64,000 nt of DNA from Balanoglossus misakiensis. Its lineage: Eukaryota > Animalia > Hemichordata. Every line of letters starts with the position of its first letter. Positions within the stretch are counted from its first letter, which is position 1. The notes below the pieces were generated by a model. That model searched no databases and was not told where the DNA came from. It saw nothing but the letters and a program-made list of their open reading frames with translations. This document shows, piece after piece, positions 27,974-41,003 of the stretch. Made by a program: the position numbers and the translations under genes. The stretch is from contig CM082589.2 in NCBI GenBank assembly GCA_040954595.2, positions 1,727,910 through 1,791,909 of the forward strand, in the 5' to 3' direction.

Positions 27974-30900
27974 TCACTCCTCTGTACAAAGGTGGAAAAT
28001 TTACAATTAGAATATAGGAAATTCTCGGACTTGAAGGCACTCTCCCAGTAAAATTTCAAACTCTGAAATCACTGAAATCAAAAAATCTCTCGGCGCATGG
28101 AATTCTCTGTCTGTCTGCCTCTCTCTCTCTCTCTCTGACTCTCTGTCTGTCTGTCTGTCTGTCTCTCTGTCTGTCTCTCTGTCTCTCGCTCTCTCTCTCT
28201 ACTTGGCACTCAGATGAAAATAAGAGCTTCATAATCCTTCTCTTTACTTCAAACACTCACCCGTTATGGTGACACTAAATTCACAGGAGGCACAGTTGCC
28301 GGACGAATCACTGGCTGAACAGCTGACTGTTGTCTCGCCTTTTGAGAACTCTGACCCGCTGGACGGTGAACAGATGACGTTGACGGGGTCTCTGGAATCG
28401 TCGTTGACTCTTGGATCATCCCAGGTTATGCTCTCACCTGATTTTGTACTTTCTATGTCTTGAGGGCAGGTGATAGTCGGAGCAGTCGTGTCTGTTGGTG
28501 GAAAAGGGAAATTTGAAAGGTGAATGATGGAATTGGCCAAGAAGAAGAAGAAGAAGAAGAGGAGGAGGAGGAGGAGGTGGTGGTGGAGGAGGAGGAGGAG
28601 GAGGAGGAGGAGGAGGAGGAGGAGGAGGAGGAGGAGGAGGAGGAGGAGGAGGAGGAGGAGGAGGAGGAGGAGGAGGAGGAGGAGGAGGAGGAGGAGGAGG
28701 AGGAGGAGGAGGAGGAGGAGGAGGAGGAGGAGGAGGAGGAGGAGGAGGAGGAGGAGGAGGAGGAGGAGGAGGAGGAGGAGGAGGAGGAGGAGGAGGAGGA
28801 GGAGGAGGAGGAGGAGGAGGAGGAGGAGGTGGTGGTGGTGGTGGTGGAGGAGGAGGAGGTGGAGGTGGTGGTGGTGATGATGATGATGACGACGACGACA
28901 ATACAAGTTCTTTGAGCATACGCACATTAATATTATAATACGGAATTAACAAGTTCATCTTGCGTGCATGTGTGCGCAAATCAAATATTTGCTCAGCGAC
29001 ACAATCGACCGTTTTGTGATGACACCCCGGGCATGTAATTGACAAACTCCACATACATAATGATTGGATAATAACTACAATAGGATGAATATAAATAAAA
29101 TACTGTTTTGCACAACTGTTACGGATTAATAGTCATCAGTCTGCCGACAGTATACAAAAAGCTGTCACTTACTGATCAATCGAAAAGGCTTTGGAATAAA
29201 AAATGACATTAAAACGTGGACTACAAAATAATGTGTCAGTGCAGATGTCACGCGAATATATGGAAAGCAAAATAAAAATAATTTCGACAAATTTGATATT
29301 AAAAAGATTAATGAACGTATGTTTATGGCAGACAAATGAAATCAGTGCACTTTATTTTTGTCTTTGGATGTCATTTCTGGACCGATCAGCGCGACAGCTG
29401 TGGCAATCCACCGTCGCGACTGTTGGCCAGACTGTAGCCAGACCCTGCGATATAATCGCCAGCGTCGAGATAACTGTAAGCCTGCTGCGCCAATAACTGT
29501 CAAAATACGACTGCTATCATCATGTCACGCGCACATTTGGTGTTTCCGATATCAGCGTCGGTTTTGGTGCACGGCAATGAGGTTTTGCGAGTATATATTT
29601 ACCTTCGTTGCTGTCAGTCCAAGGACTGAGATCCATTTCTGGGATCTCACTGCACTCGACACGGTCGCCATCAACTCCGGGCATTAGAAACACGTCTGCC
29701 TGTACTTCAGTAATATCAGTGTTGTCACAAATAACTCGAGCCAGACTTGCCTTCTTCAGTTCCACGACTTGATCCTGGGTGAATACGCCTTCATTTTCGT
29801 ACCAAAATCTGAACAGTTAGACAGGGTGGGGAAATAAAAAAGATTATCTTAAGAAAGATCATTTTTGTCATTATACATATGTTCAAATAGACGTTACAAA
29901 GACACCATAATCAAATCATTCCTAATCATACCAAATGACACATGCTTCAAATGACACATACTTTAACTGTGTTACTATATACGATGCGTCATCAATTCAG
30001 ACATATATTTACTTCTTAGAAAGACAAAAGTGTGCACATGAAAGTACTTAGACCTCATTTATACCTATCTCCTTCCTTAAGGGCAAGGAACTGCCTCTTC
30101 AACAGACAAGTGAAAGTTGGTCCCAACAGACTTCCGGGGAGTGGATCTTCTGCTAGGGCACCGATATACAAATCAACATTATCAGGACTGCCATACAGGT
30201 GTTGAAGCTTGTCTCGGATGGCTTTGTTGGTGATGTCATCACTGAGATCGGCAAAGGACTCTGCGTTGCTCAATCGACACTTCTTCCGCCATTTTGTGTA
30301 ACCAGGGAGACCATGATCACGTCCACGTTGAAGGTTCAGCGCCATCAGATCCAAGGCTATGGCGTTCGAGAGTTCAAAGAGATGCTCTGTCAGTTCATCA
30401 GACATGATCTCGTCTGGTGTGAGATCCTTGGCGGCAGTGCTGAAAAAGCCTCTGAGGATAGGGTCTATGCCTCCTTCTTGGACGATGCGCCAGGGCTGGA
30501 AGAAAACCTTGCGCAGGGGCAGGTTGCCCTGTTCGATCGGTTGGTAGTCTGGACCCAACCTGGGGAGGATGGGTTTCACAGTGGAATGGCCGTACCTGTA
30601 AGCTGCTGTTGCAAACATGTTGAAGACTGAGGCATCTTCATCGGGGTTGTACCCAGACACTCTTTGGATCCTTCTTGCTGTCGCGTCACCCAGGACCTTC
30701 GGCAAGTAGCCGTCATAAGAGATGTGTTGCATCAGGGCGCCAATAATCTTTCGGACTTCTTGGTAGATGGTCTCATCGTCCCAGCGTGGGTTCAGATCAG
30801 CTAGGATACCGGCCAATCGGTTGTGTTCTCTGATAAACAAGGTGTGAAGGGACGTCAAGCCTATAAGCTCGTTCGCTCTCACATCTCCCGCCATGAAACA

Positions 30901-32489
30901 AGGAACCGTTTCACTCTTGTCGTCGCTCACGCAGCCCATTCTTGCGTCTTCATCGTAGGGGAGGAAGGGACGCGATCCTTCTGCAGTCCCTACTTTCATT
31001 GCGCCTTTGTCAAATTCTCTCAGTTTGTCAGCAACCGATTCTGAGCTACCATAGACCTGAGAAGCATCGATGTATGACGTGATGGCGTTCATCTGTTCGC
31101 GTGGGACGACTTCATCGAGATAGACAGAGAAGCTTCCAGTTCCACAAACTGCGCTGGATCTGGTGAACTCCATGCACTCTCGGTCAATCCTGGGATCGTT
31201 CGCCGGGACGGGGATTGGGAAGCATGGAGGATCATTGTCACAGATCTCGCTGCACTTGGAACCGTCTTTGAACGACACCGAGCTGGGACTGGCAGGTGTG
31301 AGATCGACATCGTGATCGAGAAACTGGCCCCAGAGAGACACGAGGTCAGTCAGTTCTTCGTGGTCGGTGACGTGACTAGTGCTGCCGACTGTAGTAGACA
31401 CCAGGCGGGGGCTGGGCTTCTTGTTTCCGCCATACGTCATCTCGCTGTTCCAGCCGATGGGTTCGTTGAAGTCGTTTTCATACTCGGCCTTCAGGAGGCG
31501 AGCAAACGGTCTCAGAGCAGCTCCTTGGTTCGGCTTGCCAAGATTGTTGCAAGTGCCATCATAGGTACGATACTTGGCGTGGTAGCACATATCCTCGCAC
31601 TCCACTGGTTGGTTCAGGCTACTGCAGCCGGACAGTTGAGCAATTTGTTCAAGTAAATCTGGAGTCAGTTGGTCTTCAAAGTCAACATCTGCTGGCAAAA
31701 AAGGTACAGACGAACCTGTCTATAATGGCCAGTCAAGGGACTTTCATAAACCGGCCTTTATATACAGGTCAATTAAAGCACATATGAATTGCACAGGGAC
31801 TGTAACAAAGTTGCCACTATACACATAAGTCTCGACAACACACCTCTCGAAGAACCATCACAAAAAGAGTAATTTACGATCTTTGCTTATCACTCACCTC
31901 GCCTATGCATTCCATCACTGTCCCGGTCTTTCAGCTTCTCAATGACCGATTCAAAGATTTCTTGCGATCTGGCCACTTCTATCATCTCCTCGGAAGGGAA
32001 TCGGAACAATCGGATCAGATCACCTGGACTGCTGGGTCTGGGGTTTTCCAAGATGGCCCTTTTCGTCTCGTGTATCGCTCTATCCACAGTGTTTATAGCA
32101 TCGTGTATAGTCTGGTCAATGAATGGGTCTCCTGTACTGGGGAACGCTGAGTCTATTTCGCCTGTGATCAATGGAATAAAATACATCAATTGTTGAAGAT
32201 AACTGTACTTTTCTATTGTTCTCTCCACACTCTAAACAATGCAATTGAATTTTATTATATTATTCAGCAGAGATTGTCGTTTTTGTACAGATCGTTTAAA
32301 AACTTAGCGACTGCTTTTCACCTGAACAGTCACAGTAATGCACCCCCTTTTTTCATTCTATTTACTTTAATTTGTCTACTTAAGCGACGGGGTGACGCCC
32401 ATGTATCAAATAATGCAAAAGACTGCCTTACCAGAACAGTACACCGATGCCACGGCGAGCAGTGCAGCGATCCCGAAAACGGATGCCAT
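27974..32489 (-). CDS. Peroxidase A: secreted peroxidasin-derived heme peroxidase with C-terminal HYR domain, ~797 aa
   Basis: Exons (minus) 32432-32489 (signal peptide MASVFGIAALLAVASVYCS), 31898-32161 (propeptide GDPFI..TVDRAI..DLIRLFRFP), 30065-31691 (WGQFLDHD, ITSYIDAS, GDVRANEL, RYGH, NLQRGRDHG), 29603-29808 (FWYEN..LARVICDN), 28261-28491 (HYR), 27974-27981 (terminal micro-exon, ..EE*). If the last intron is unspliced the protein ends GECLK* at 28244. Confidence 0.93.
28105..28200. repeat. (CT)n/(CTGT)n microsatellite in last intron of peroxidase A
   Basis: Read directly. Confidence 0.9.
28539..28899. repeat. Long compound (GAA)n-(GAG)n-(GTG)n-(GAT)n-(GAC)n microsatellite; pure (GGA)n ~28585-28829
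   Basis: Read directly; source of the poly-L/P/E/R ORFs. Lies in the intron upstream of the peroxidase A HYR exon. Confidence 0.97.
31705..31769. mobile_element. Remnant of a Tc1/mariner-pogo-type MITE end in a peroxidase A intron
   Basis: Begins TACAG..AACCTGTCTATAATGGCC. Inverted arms 31714-31730 and 31753-31769 match at 15/17. Family assignment is by resemblance only. Confidence 0.45.
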
Positions 32490-32942
32490 CGTTCCCTGTG
32501 GAGACAATTGAATGTAGGACACTTCAATCTAATCACATACAATTGTTGACTTAGCATTGGATTCACGGCAATAGCTAAAGGTGAAGGGGCGGTTCTGGTC
32601 ATAGATCAGGGAAATAAATTAAGATAGAAGGTATGATAAAGTACATTTGTATTGTATTTAAAAGTATGCAATGAGGTGAAACAGTGTCTCTCTCAACGCC
32701 CCCTGTCTGTGCACGTGTGTCTCTCTCTCCCTCTCTGTCGACCCTCCCTTCTCTATACATCTCTCTCTTGACCTCTCTTTCTACACCTCGACCTTGACTT
32801 GTCGTGTCAAGATGTCCGTCTAGTCGATAATGTTGCGGAAACTTATCGGTTACGGTCACTGACCGAACTGAACGTTGGTCACGACTTGACAGAAAGAGAC
32901 AACTTTAGTTACAGTACTCAACAACACACCCCGGGTCGTATG

Positions 32943-32950
32943 CTTTTATA
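32943..32950 (-). promoter_or_regulatory. Candidate TATA box (TATAAAAG) for peroxidase A
   Basis: CTTTTATA on + strand, ~450 nt upstream of the ATG; the ATG exon has its own acceptor at 32496-32498, implying a 5' UTR exon. Confidence 0.45.
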
Positions 32951-35610
32951 CAGACGATACTAACATGTCATTAAGTACAAGGACACGACAATTAAAACTT
33001 TATGTCTACATACCTGTCTCTGCGAGTCTGGAAACTGAAGTAACTCCACCCTGTCGACACTCTCCAAATTTATGTCGCCGATCTCAAATTAGCATATGCA
33101 AATTTTCTAATGCCTAAAGATAACGGTCGACGTGACATGTACAGAACTGTCAATCGTGTTGCAAATGCCATATGTGACCAGATTTATTTCTTCTTCTCCC
33201 TAAAATTTACTCATACTTTTAAAAACGTGTATTAGTTCTTGAGGCCGTCTGTATTTTCTCAACACCACTAGATAACATATAAAGTAAAATCAGCGTGAAA
33301 AATATTAGTAAATCAAAATTGGCCACATTAAAGAGTGTGTCATATATTTGATCTTTACATCAATTTCCAAAGCCATCTCATTCGACAAGGTCACTTTAGC
33401 ATCTAATATGCACATAATGCATTGGATAATAAAGAATTAAATCAGAGAAAGATTATTCTTAAGCCTCGGCAAACAAAAGTTCAGCGCAACTGGATGAATA
33501 GTTTATGAAAATGAGTGTTTTGACAAAAATAACACGAATTTCTAAAGTTTACACGTTGCAATAAAAATACCCAGGACCCAATAAACAACATTTCATAGAA
33601 ATGGGACAATTTCCTCAAATCAAAACAAGACTACGACAACAATGCAGGTATTATTTTATATTTTATATAACTTATCACTGATACGTTAGTAACCCCTCAA
33701 CAATAAAAAAATGAAGTATTTTCACGCAACTGTATTGCATGTTTTTCAATTATATTTTCCGTCAAACACGAAAGGACATCCAGTTTGTATCTTGAGTGAA
33801 ATATTGGGGGTGGGCATTGATTCGTGCACATGTGCGTAAATAACAGCTCGTTTTACGGAAACAGACATAAAACGTAAATAGTAGAGTTCGCCCTAAGATT
33901 GAATTCATCGATCATTTTATATGTCATTTGTCTTAAAATAGCTGCGCTGGGACTCTATTGTAGCAGAGCAATCGCAGGCACGAATCACGACGATACAAGA
34001 ATAGACCGTTTTTCCGGTTTCCACGAGACCTTGCGAGATCTCAACTGCCTCGAGTTTTCGCAGTCAATTTATTATTTATAAGTTATACGCACTTGCTAAG
34101 TGATTTGCTGCAGCAGCTAACGAGTTCATAAAAGGGTAAAAATCAAAACACTAAGAAACATTTTAGAAAGTGCTAAAACCGATATGGGAGGGCGTGTACT
34201 TAATAAAGTATACAAAAACTAATTAAATATTTCGCCACCGCTGGGGGATTATAGCAGCTGTGATGAGGCAGCTGACGTCAGATTAGAAAGCGTGTTACAA
34301 TGTATTTGGATAAATTACCAAAAGCTTAATTTTGAACCCTGGAGAAAAGATTCTCTGACTACTCATAGCGGATTCCTCACCAATGGACGCGGTGTGTGCG
34401 CATGCTCACTGTTCGTGAAGGCCACGCATTGGACGACAGAATAACGGGTGTTAACCATGGCGGCCAACAGTAGGAAACAAAAAATCTCATAGAAAAAAAT
34501 GGCATGTCAGGTTGAAAAACTCGGTCGTGTGGGGGCGCTCGCACTGCTGTGCGAGTTTGATGTATGACTAATGCGCATTACAATAAAACAAAATGGTTTA
34601 GTATAGCAAAGTTATCAAAGTTATGCTGTGTGATGTTTTACTTAGGGCTTATTGCAAAAAGTTCCTAATAAATCTCAACAGGGCTGGATATTTAAAGGCT
34701 GACGATCGTCTGATGCGCATGTGCGTCACTTCGTGTGTACAAACTTTCCGTCCAATCCAAATATTCTGCAAAGTTTGCGTTCGACGTATTCAAATAGTGG
34801 ACTACTTTCGTATCATTGTGGAGAGACTGTGATTATGCGAATAACAGAATCGGAGTGACAAAATAAAATTCAGAATTTGCAAGGCCAATTTTTGAAATAC
34901 ATACATACTCAAACACAGACTTTTCCCGCGTCTTAAATCAGTTTTCAAAGGTCTTCCTCAGTTCGAGTATACCTCACACAAAGCGTGAATGATATTCAGT
35001 GACAATGGATCTCGTCTGGCGATTGTTTTCGTTTTACACATTCCAAAAATAGAAAGGCTTCTTTTGGTAAGGCACTCCCCTTAATGTACCACTGACAAAG
35101 GATGTGAAAATGGCTTCTTCGTTAAAATAGTTGTGATGCAAATTCCAGTTGGAACAAACTAAACTAAAACGCAACAACACAAATTACTCTGACCATTTAG
35201 GCCACGACAAGCAGAGGAGCAACAGAGGACCGCACAACAGGTAAGAAATGTCCGTTTTGAGTTTTACTCACTACATTGTATTCACAAAGTGGGTCATTTC
35301 ATTTTGTAAAAAAAATATCCAAACGGCACAGTAGGCAACACGAAGTCAAACAATTAAAATTATGCCACGCGGAGACAGGGGAAGGGGTTTAAGGATTTCC
35401 TGCGCAAGGTAGTACAAATAGCACCAGCAGAACATTTAGAAGACAAACGTATAACAATAATGATTTAGTTTTGATGGATGTACGGCCATTTTGATCTGTA
35501 CTTCTTACACTACGCGTGCGCACACCGGTTTAAAAAAAACTGAGATACATTTATTTTGATTACATGTGCTTATAATTATTTGTATTACTAGTATTAAACT
35601 TTCAGCAACC

Positions 35611-38600
35611 ATGGAGTTGCGTCGGATCACATGGTGTATATTTATTATAGGAAGTCTTTCGGCGATCATAGGTAAGTGCTATCTACTACAGATGATATTG
35701 TAGCTCTATGGTGAGAGCACAGGACTGGGGTGAGGCGTTGGCTATGAGCCCCCCCCCCCCGCCAATTTATACCGCTGGCTGCGCTGTCCTTTTCTTGTAG
35801 TAAGGCGCAGCCAGTGGTAGAATTTGGGTCAGGGGAGTAGGGTTAGGGCTTTGCAGTGAATCAAGGTTCTCATAGTCGGCCCTCATAGTGTGGGCATTTT
35901 TGCTACGTTCGCGAAGAATCACAGTACCCACGAAATAAGACAGCACTCAGAATGATGATTGTTGTTTGTTGTTTAAACCCCTCTAAGATGCTGATGACAA
36001 TGGACAAGGTGTCAATGACGCCATCATTCAACATGCATTGGAACTGGGCAGGAATGTCGTGGATCGAGCCATCGCTGAAACAACAACTGCATTATTTGGC
36101 GGAAAGCCAGCGAGCTCCAGTGACCTCCTGAGACTGTTCAGGTTCCCAACTCCGGAAGTTGTTGAAATTGCCAGGGCAGATGAGACCTTCCACGCTGCCC
36201 TTGATATTATCAAAGATTACGATGGTATTCAGTCAACCGTGGGTCGTGAAGGGCATGTGCAACCGAGTAAGTACAAGAAATCTGAGGTTCTACTGGTGCC
36301 TATTATATAATGTACATGTATATATGTATCGAACACATGTGGGAAAATATTGCAGTCATACTACATTATGAGATACGCCTAAATTATTCAATATACTTCA
36401 GTTTGGATTCATTTTCATTTAGATTAATCTAATTTAATTTACAGACTTAAGGGAAAAACTTACAGACAGAAACATCCGGGATATTATCACACTCTCTGGA
36501 TGCAAGGATGTTGCAGATGTCACGTGTCACGACTCGTGCGCACATGCTAAGTACCGTTCGATCAACGGCTCATGTAATAACCTTGAAAAGCCAACCCAGG
36601 GTGCTGCTTTGACACCCTTTGCCCGCCTCCTCCCTCCCAAATACGACAACCGCTTTAATGAACCAGTCGGGTGGCAAGAATCCGCGAACCCCCTGCCCAG
36701 TCCGCGCCTAGTGTCCAGAGTTGTCGGCTCGACTGATGACCTTACAGATGATGGCGACAGAAGCGCCTTCGTCATGCTTTGGGGTCAGTTCTTTGACCAT
36801 GACATCAACCATACTCCCCAGAGTCCAAGTTCGGTGGCGTTCAACGATGGGACGAAGTGTAGCGAAACCTGCGAGAACAGCTTTCCTTGTTTCCCCATAC
36901 CTGTACCGGCTGGCGATCCTCGGATACACACTGAATGCCTTGAATTTATCAGGTCCAGTGCAATGTGTGGGACTGGATACAAAACTCGGTCAGGCAGGTT
37001 GGTGCCAAGGCAACAGATCAATTCTATTACCTCATACATTGACGGCTCGCAGATTTACGGCAGTTCGCAGAGACTTGCAGATAACCTAAGAGCACACGAC
37101 GGAAAAGGGAGTCTGAGAATCAATGATGAAAAGGAGGTTCCAACTGGAAGACCACTACTGCCCTTTGACCCCGAATCTCCACCAGCCTGCTTGAGTGAAA
37201 GCAGTTCCAGAGAGGTCCCCTGTTTCCTTGCTGGTGATGTCAGAGCCAACGAGCAGGTGGGTCTGACCAGCATTCACACGCTGTTTCTCAGAGAGCACAA
37301 CCGTATCAGTGAGCGATTGTCTCAACTCAACCCTCACTGGGACGATGAAAAACTCTACCAAGAAGCTCGCAAGATCGTTGGTGCAGTACTTCAACATATT
37401 ACTTATGACCACTATCTGCCCAAGGTTCTTGGGCCAGAGGGCATGCTCCAACTGGGAGACTACCAAGGTTATGACGCCAGCGCAGATGCCTCTATCGCAA
37501 ATGTTTTTGCCACGGCCGCTTTCAGATTCGGCCATGGCACTGTCCAACCGATACTCCAACGGCTCCAAGCAAACTTGCAACCCATCCCAGAAGGCAACCT
37601 TCCTCTTCATCTGGCCTTCTTTCAACCCTGGAGACTTGTCGAACAAGGCGGCATTGACCCTATCCTTAGAGGCTTCTTCGCTACACCCGCCAAGCAACTC
37701 ATTCCAGACGAGATAATGACAGACGAGCTGACAGAACGTCTCTTCGAGATGGCTGAAGCCGTCGCCTTGGATCTCATGGCACTCAACATTCAGCGCGGAC
37801 GAGATCACGGATTGCCATCTTATACCCAGTGGCGCCAAAAGTGTGGAATGCGGAAACACAGTTTCCGTCAAATGGGTCGGGAGATCTCTGATGAACATGT
37901 TATGGATAAACTGAAAGAGCTTTACGATAACCCCAGCAGAATAGACCTGTTTATCGGTGCTATGGCGGAAGACGCTCTCCAGGGTGGAATTCTGGGTGCA
38001 ACATTTACATGTTTGCTGGCAACTCAGTTCAAAAATTCAAGAGCTGGAGACAGGTTCTATGCAATATTTTCATTCTTCCTCAATGTACTCAAACAACTTA
38101 GCAATGTGGGGGGAAATATTACTAAATCCCGACTGGGAATGTATGGGGAAGTTTCATCTACTGAGCTTCCACGTGAACCACACGCTTTTTCGCTATATTG
38201 ACAGAAGTTGATGTCACATATTTTACCGATGTAGACGCGAACAGCGGTTACACTGGGATTTTTTTCTTGGAACATGGATGGTATTTCTAATAATCACCGA
38301 CTTTCATTTTTTTCAGATTTTGGTACGAGAAACCTGATGTTTTCACCGAGTCTCAACTTGCTGAGATCAAAAAACATTCACTTGCCAGGATTATCTGTGA
38401 AAACACCGACATCAATCAAGTTCAGGAAGATGTCTTCTTGACCCCAAAGAATAACAGACCACTCATTGATTGTAGTGAACTGGACAACATGGATTTGAGT
38501 TTATGGGCCGAACCCACTGGAGGTAAGTTGACCAATTGTGTTGATATGGCCGTACACAATATCTACAAGTCGATATTTTGATCTGTGTATAAACTGCTAT

Positions 38601-38990
38601 TTCTACTTCACCGCCTTCAAATTACAACCGTGTGGAGATTCATAGCCCTGAGCCACTGATAAACATTGAACATTTTAGCGTTGGCTGCTTTACACAGTTG
38701 CATCTCTCCATATTTCACAGTTGTTTGCATCCATTTTGTTTTCATAATCAGGTCCGACGCCACCAACCATCACGTGTCCTGGTGACATCACAGTAGACGG
38801 CAACCGGAAGGGCGCGACTGCAACCTGGGAAGATCCGTTGGGGACTGATAGCACCGGAAGTGCTGCTGACGTCACATGTTCCCATACTAGTGGTTCCAAC
38901 TTCCCGCTGGGAGTTACACCGGTGACTTGCTCAACCTTTGACCTTCTGGGAAACTGTGCGTCATGCTCATTCGAAATCACGGTCGATTGA
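35611..38990 (+). CDS. Peroxidase B: secreted peroxidasin-derived heme peroxidase with C-terminal HYR domain, 797 aa
   Basis: Exons 35611-35671 (MELRRITWCIFIIGSLSAII), 35988-36266, 36445-38053 (WGQFFDHD, ITSYIDGS, GDVRANEQ, FRFGH, NIQRGRDHG), 38317-38522, 38752-38990 (HYR PTITCPGD..W.DP..GNCASCSFEITVD*), total 2394 nt. Probable 5' UTR exon ending at 35240 (CAG|GTAAGA). Confidence 0.94.
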
Positions 38991-39169
38991 TTTAAACAAG
39001 ACTGACAGACTGGCCAATCAAGATATGGCGTATCGAGAAAAAGCTGTTTCCATGACAACAAGACTGTAGGACTTTCTGTCTCATGACTTCCTGTCACATG
39101 GCTTCCTGTCAAATGATGCTTGCTCTCTCCTGGGACGCCGCCCAGCAAAACTAATCATGTTGTGTTATG

Positions 39170-39175
39170 AATAAA
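39170..39175 (+). terminator. Poly(A) signal AATAAA for peroxidase B
   Basis: First AATAAA, ~180 nt after the stop codon. Confidence 0.5.
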
Positions 39176-39936
39176 GATTACTAAAAATCAACAGGCACGG
39201 TTGTATGAGACGAAATTACTCTTTATATTAAGTATGCGAGTTTTTTCTGATTTAATAAATTATGGTGTGCGAGGCAACGGAAATTTCAATGAAGATAACA
39301 CAATGAATTCTGGAAAGTCGCTCTTGAAATTCAAATCGGGCGCCTGTACTCATAAGTTGGTAATTGGCAAAGCCATGTAAGCCATCTCTTATCGCGAATA
39401 TGCAAATTGTTTTTGTCCAACTATTGCGTCATGAGTGACACTTTTTCTTTGCTTCGGCTTTGATGAATGAGTTGTCACATTTTATTAATCGGTCAGTTTT
39501 TTGCTTTGACAGTTATTTTAGCATTGTACTATACTGTCTATGATTGTACCAGCCGTCAGTAATTGTGCGCTGTTGGTCTTTACTGGGTAGCCTATAAAAC
39601 AGTCACATCACACAGACTGTGGTACAAACAATATGAAACCATATGTGGCTTGACATCATTACTGACCCTCGTCTCACACAATTCATCTTTTAAAAAACCT
39701 TAATTCATCTTTAAAAAAAAACTTAAATAACACAAAACAGACATTTGGAGAACTACAAATGCAAAAAGGGTCGTGAAAATGTGCCACCTTTGTTTCTGGG
39801 GTATTACAAATTTGATTGGCACTCGTTAGTCTATTGTTCGATGATGGAATTTGACTCAGTGTATCTGTGCACAAACTGACAGATTCGCAAATTCGCGATG
39901 CATTCCACGGTCCCTTCACCACCTGGATATTTTACA

Positions 39937-39944
39937 TATAAAAG
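39937..39944 (+). promoter_or_regulatory. Candidate TATA box (TATAAAAG) for peroxidase C
   Basis: Followed ~75 nt later by a strong donor CAG|GTAAGA at 40019/40020. The ATG exon has an acceptor at 40997-40998, consistent with a non-coding first exon. Confidence 0.55.
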
Positions 39945-41003
39945 CTTATTACGGCTTATTACCCATCACCCTCCCACACAACTACAAGTAACATCATTCG
40001 GTTCCGGATCGTTGAACAGGTAAGATCGTACTGTCTGTGTCTTAAGTTCCCCGGCCCCTTCAGCATGGAATCATACAAATTTCACCGTATACAAAGTCAC
40101 ACCTGAGATAACACCAAACATCCTGTCTTTACTTGGCATCGCTATCATTTTCGAAGGGCTTTACTTGTCAAGTGTGATTTTCTTTTCTCTTGGATGTTCT
40201 GTACTTGACTGTGCCATCAACAACTTTTTTTTCAAATTGGTCGGACTCGTTTTATTTTACCGCGACGTGTTTCCTATAATAAGAGGCAGTTTGACAACCC
40301 AATCAACTTGTCTAAAACTAAAAGCCCGAAATTGGCCAAAGTCACACAGTGCAAGTGCCACCAGGAGCCATCGTTAATTTCCGAAAGCGAGAGAACTTTT
40401 TTTTAAGTGTGACCAAGAAGATGTTTTTAAATGCGCGCCAAAAGCAGTCAACAAGAAAGGTTAACAATGAATTGAGAATGAGTTTGATAATTAACACATC
40501 GTTATATTTGTGACAACGGGTTTTAAATTGTTTCTGCTTCAAGTGCGTATTATCGCGCGTCGCGTCGGACCAATCAAAAATACTCATTTCGGAGTTGATT
40601 GTTTTCACACCTTGGGTTAAAACAAAAGATAAAATTCTCAGTTTCGATGATGTCAGTCTCATTAACGGGAATTTGCTTACAAAGTAGTCACACATCAGTT
40701 TTTATTGGGTCCTGGGGATAATCCACTCTTTCAACGCCATAATGAACTTGCCGTCAGTTGTCTCAAAATTAACCTGGTAACGTTTTTCACATTTTTGTTA
40801 AACTTTGATTATGTCGCAGCTTGGGTGCGGTGCGGTGGGTGGGGTTTGGGAGTGGAGGGGATGTTCGAACCTGTCCTGGTTTGTGCAAGCGGCGTCGTCT
40901 CTCATCTCGAGGCAAGATCGCTCTCAACTACGAAGCGAGTGTCTTGCTCATAGCCAGTCCATTTGTAACTTCGGATTCCCCCCTTTCATCTTTTTCAGAA
41001 ATC

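Noticed and set aside
28244-29054. Poly-Leu/Pro/Glu/Arg ORFs
   Set aside because: Translations of the (GGA)n microsatellite; only 28261-28491 (HYR exon) is coding.
38054-38201. Read-through C-terminal extension of the 530-aa ORF (weak GTTCTA donor in peroxidase B)
   Set aside because: The downstream exon 38317-38522 is homologous to the 206-nt exon of the other three paralogues; read-through would delete part of the peroxidase fold.
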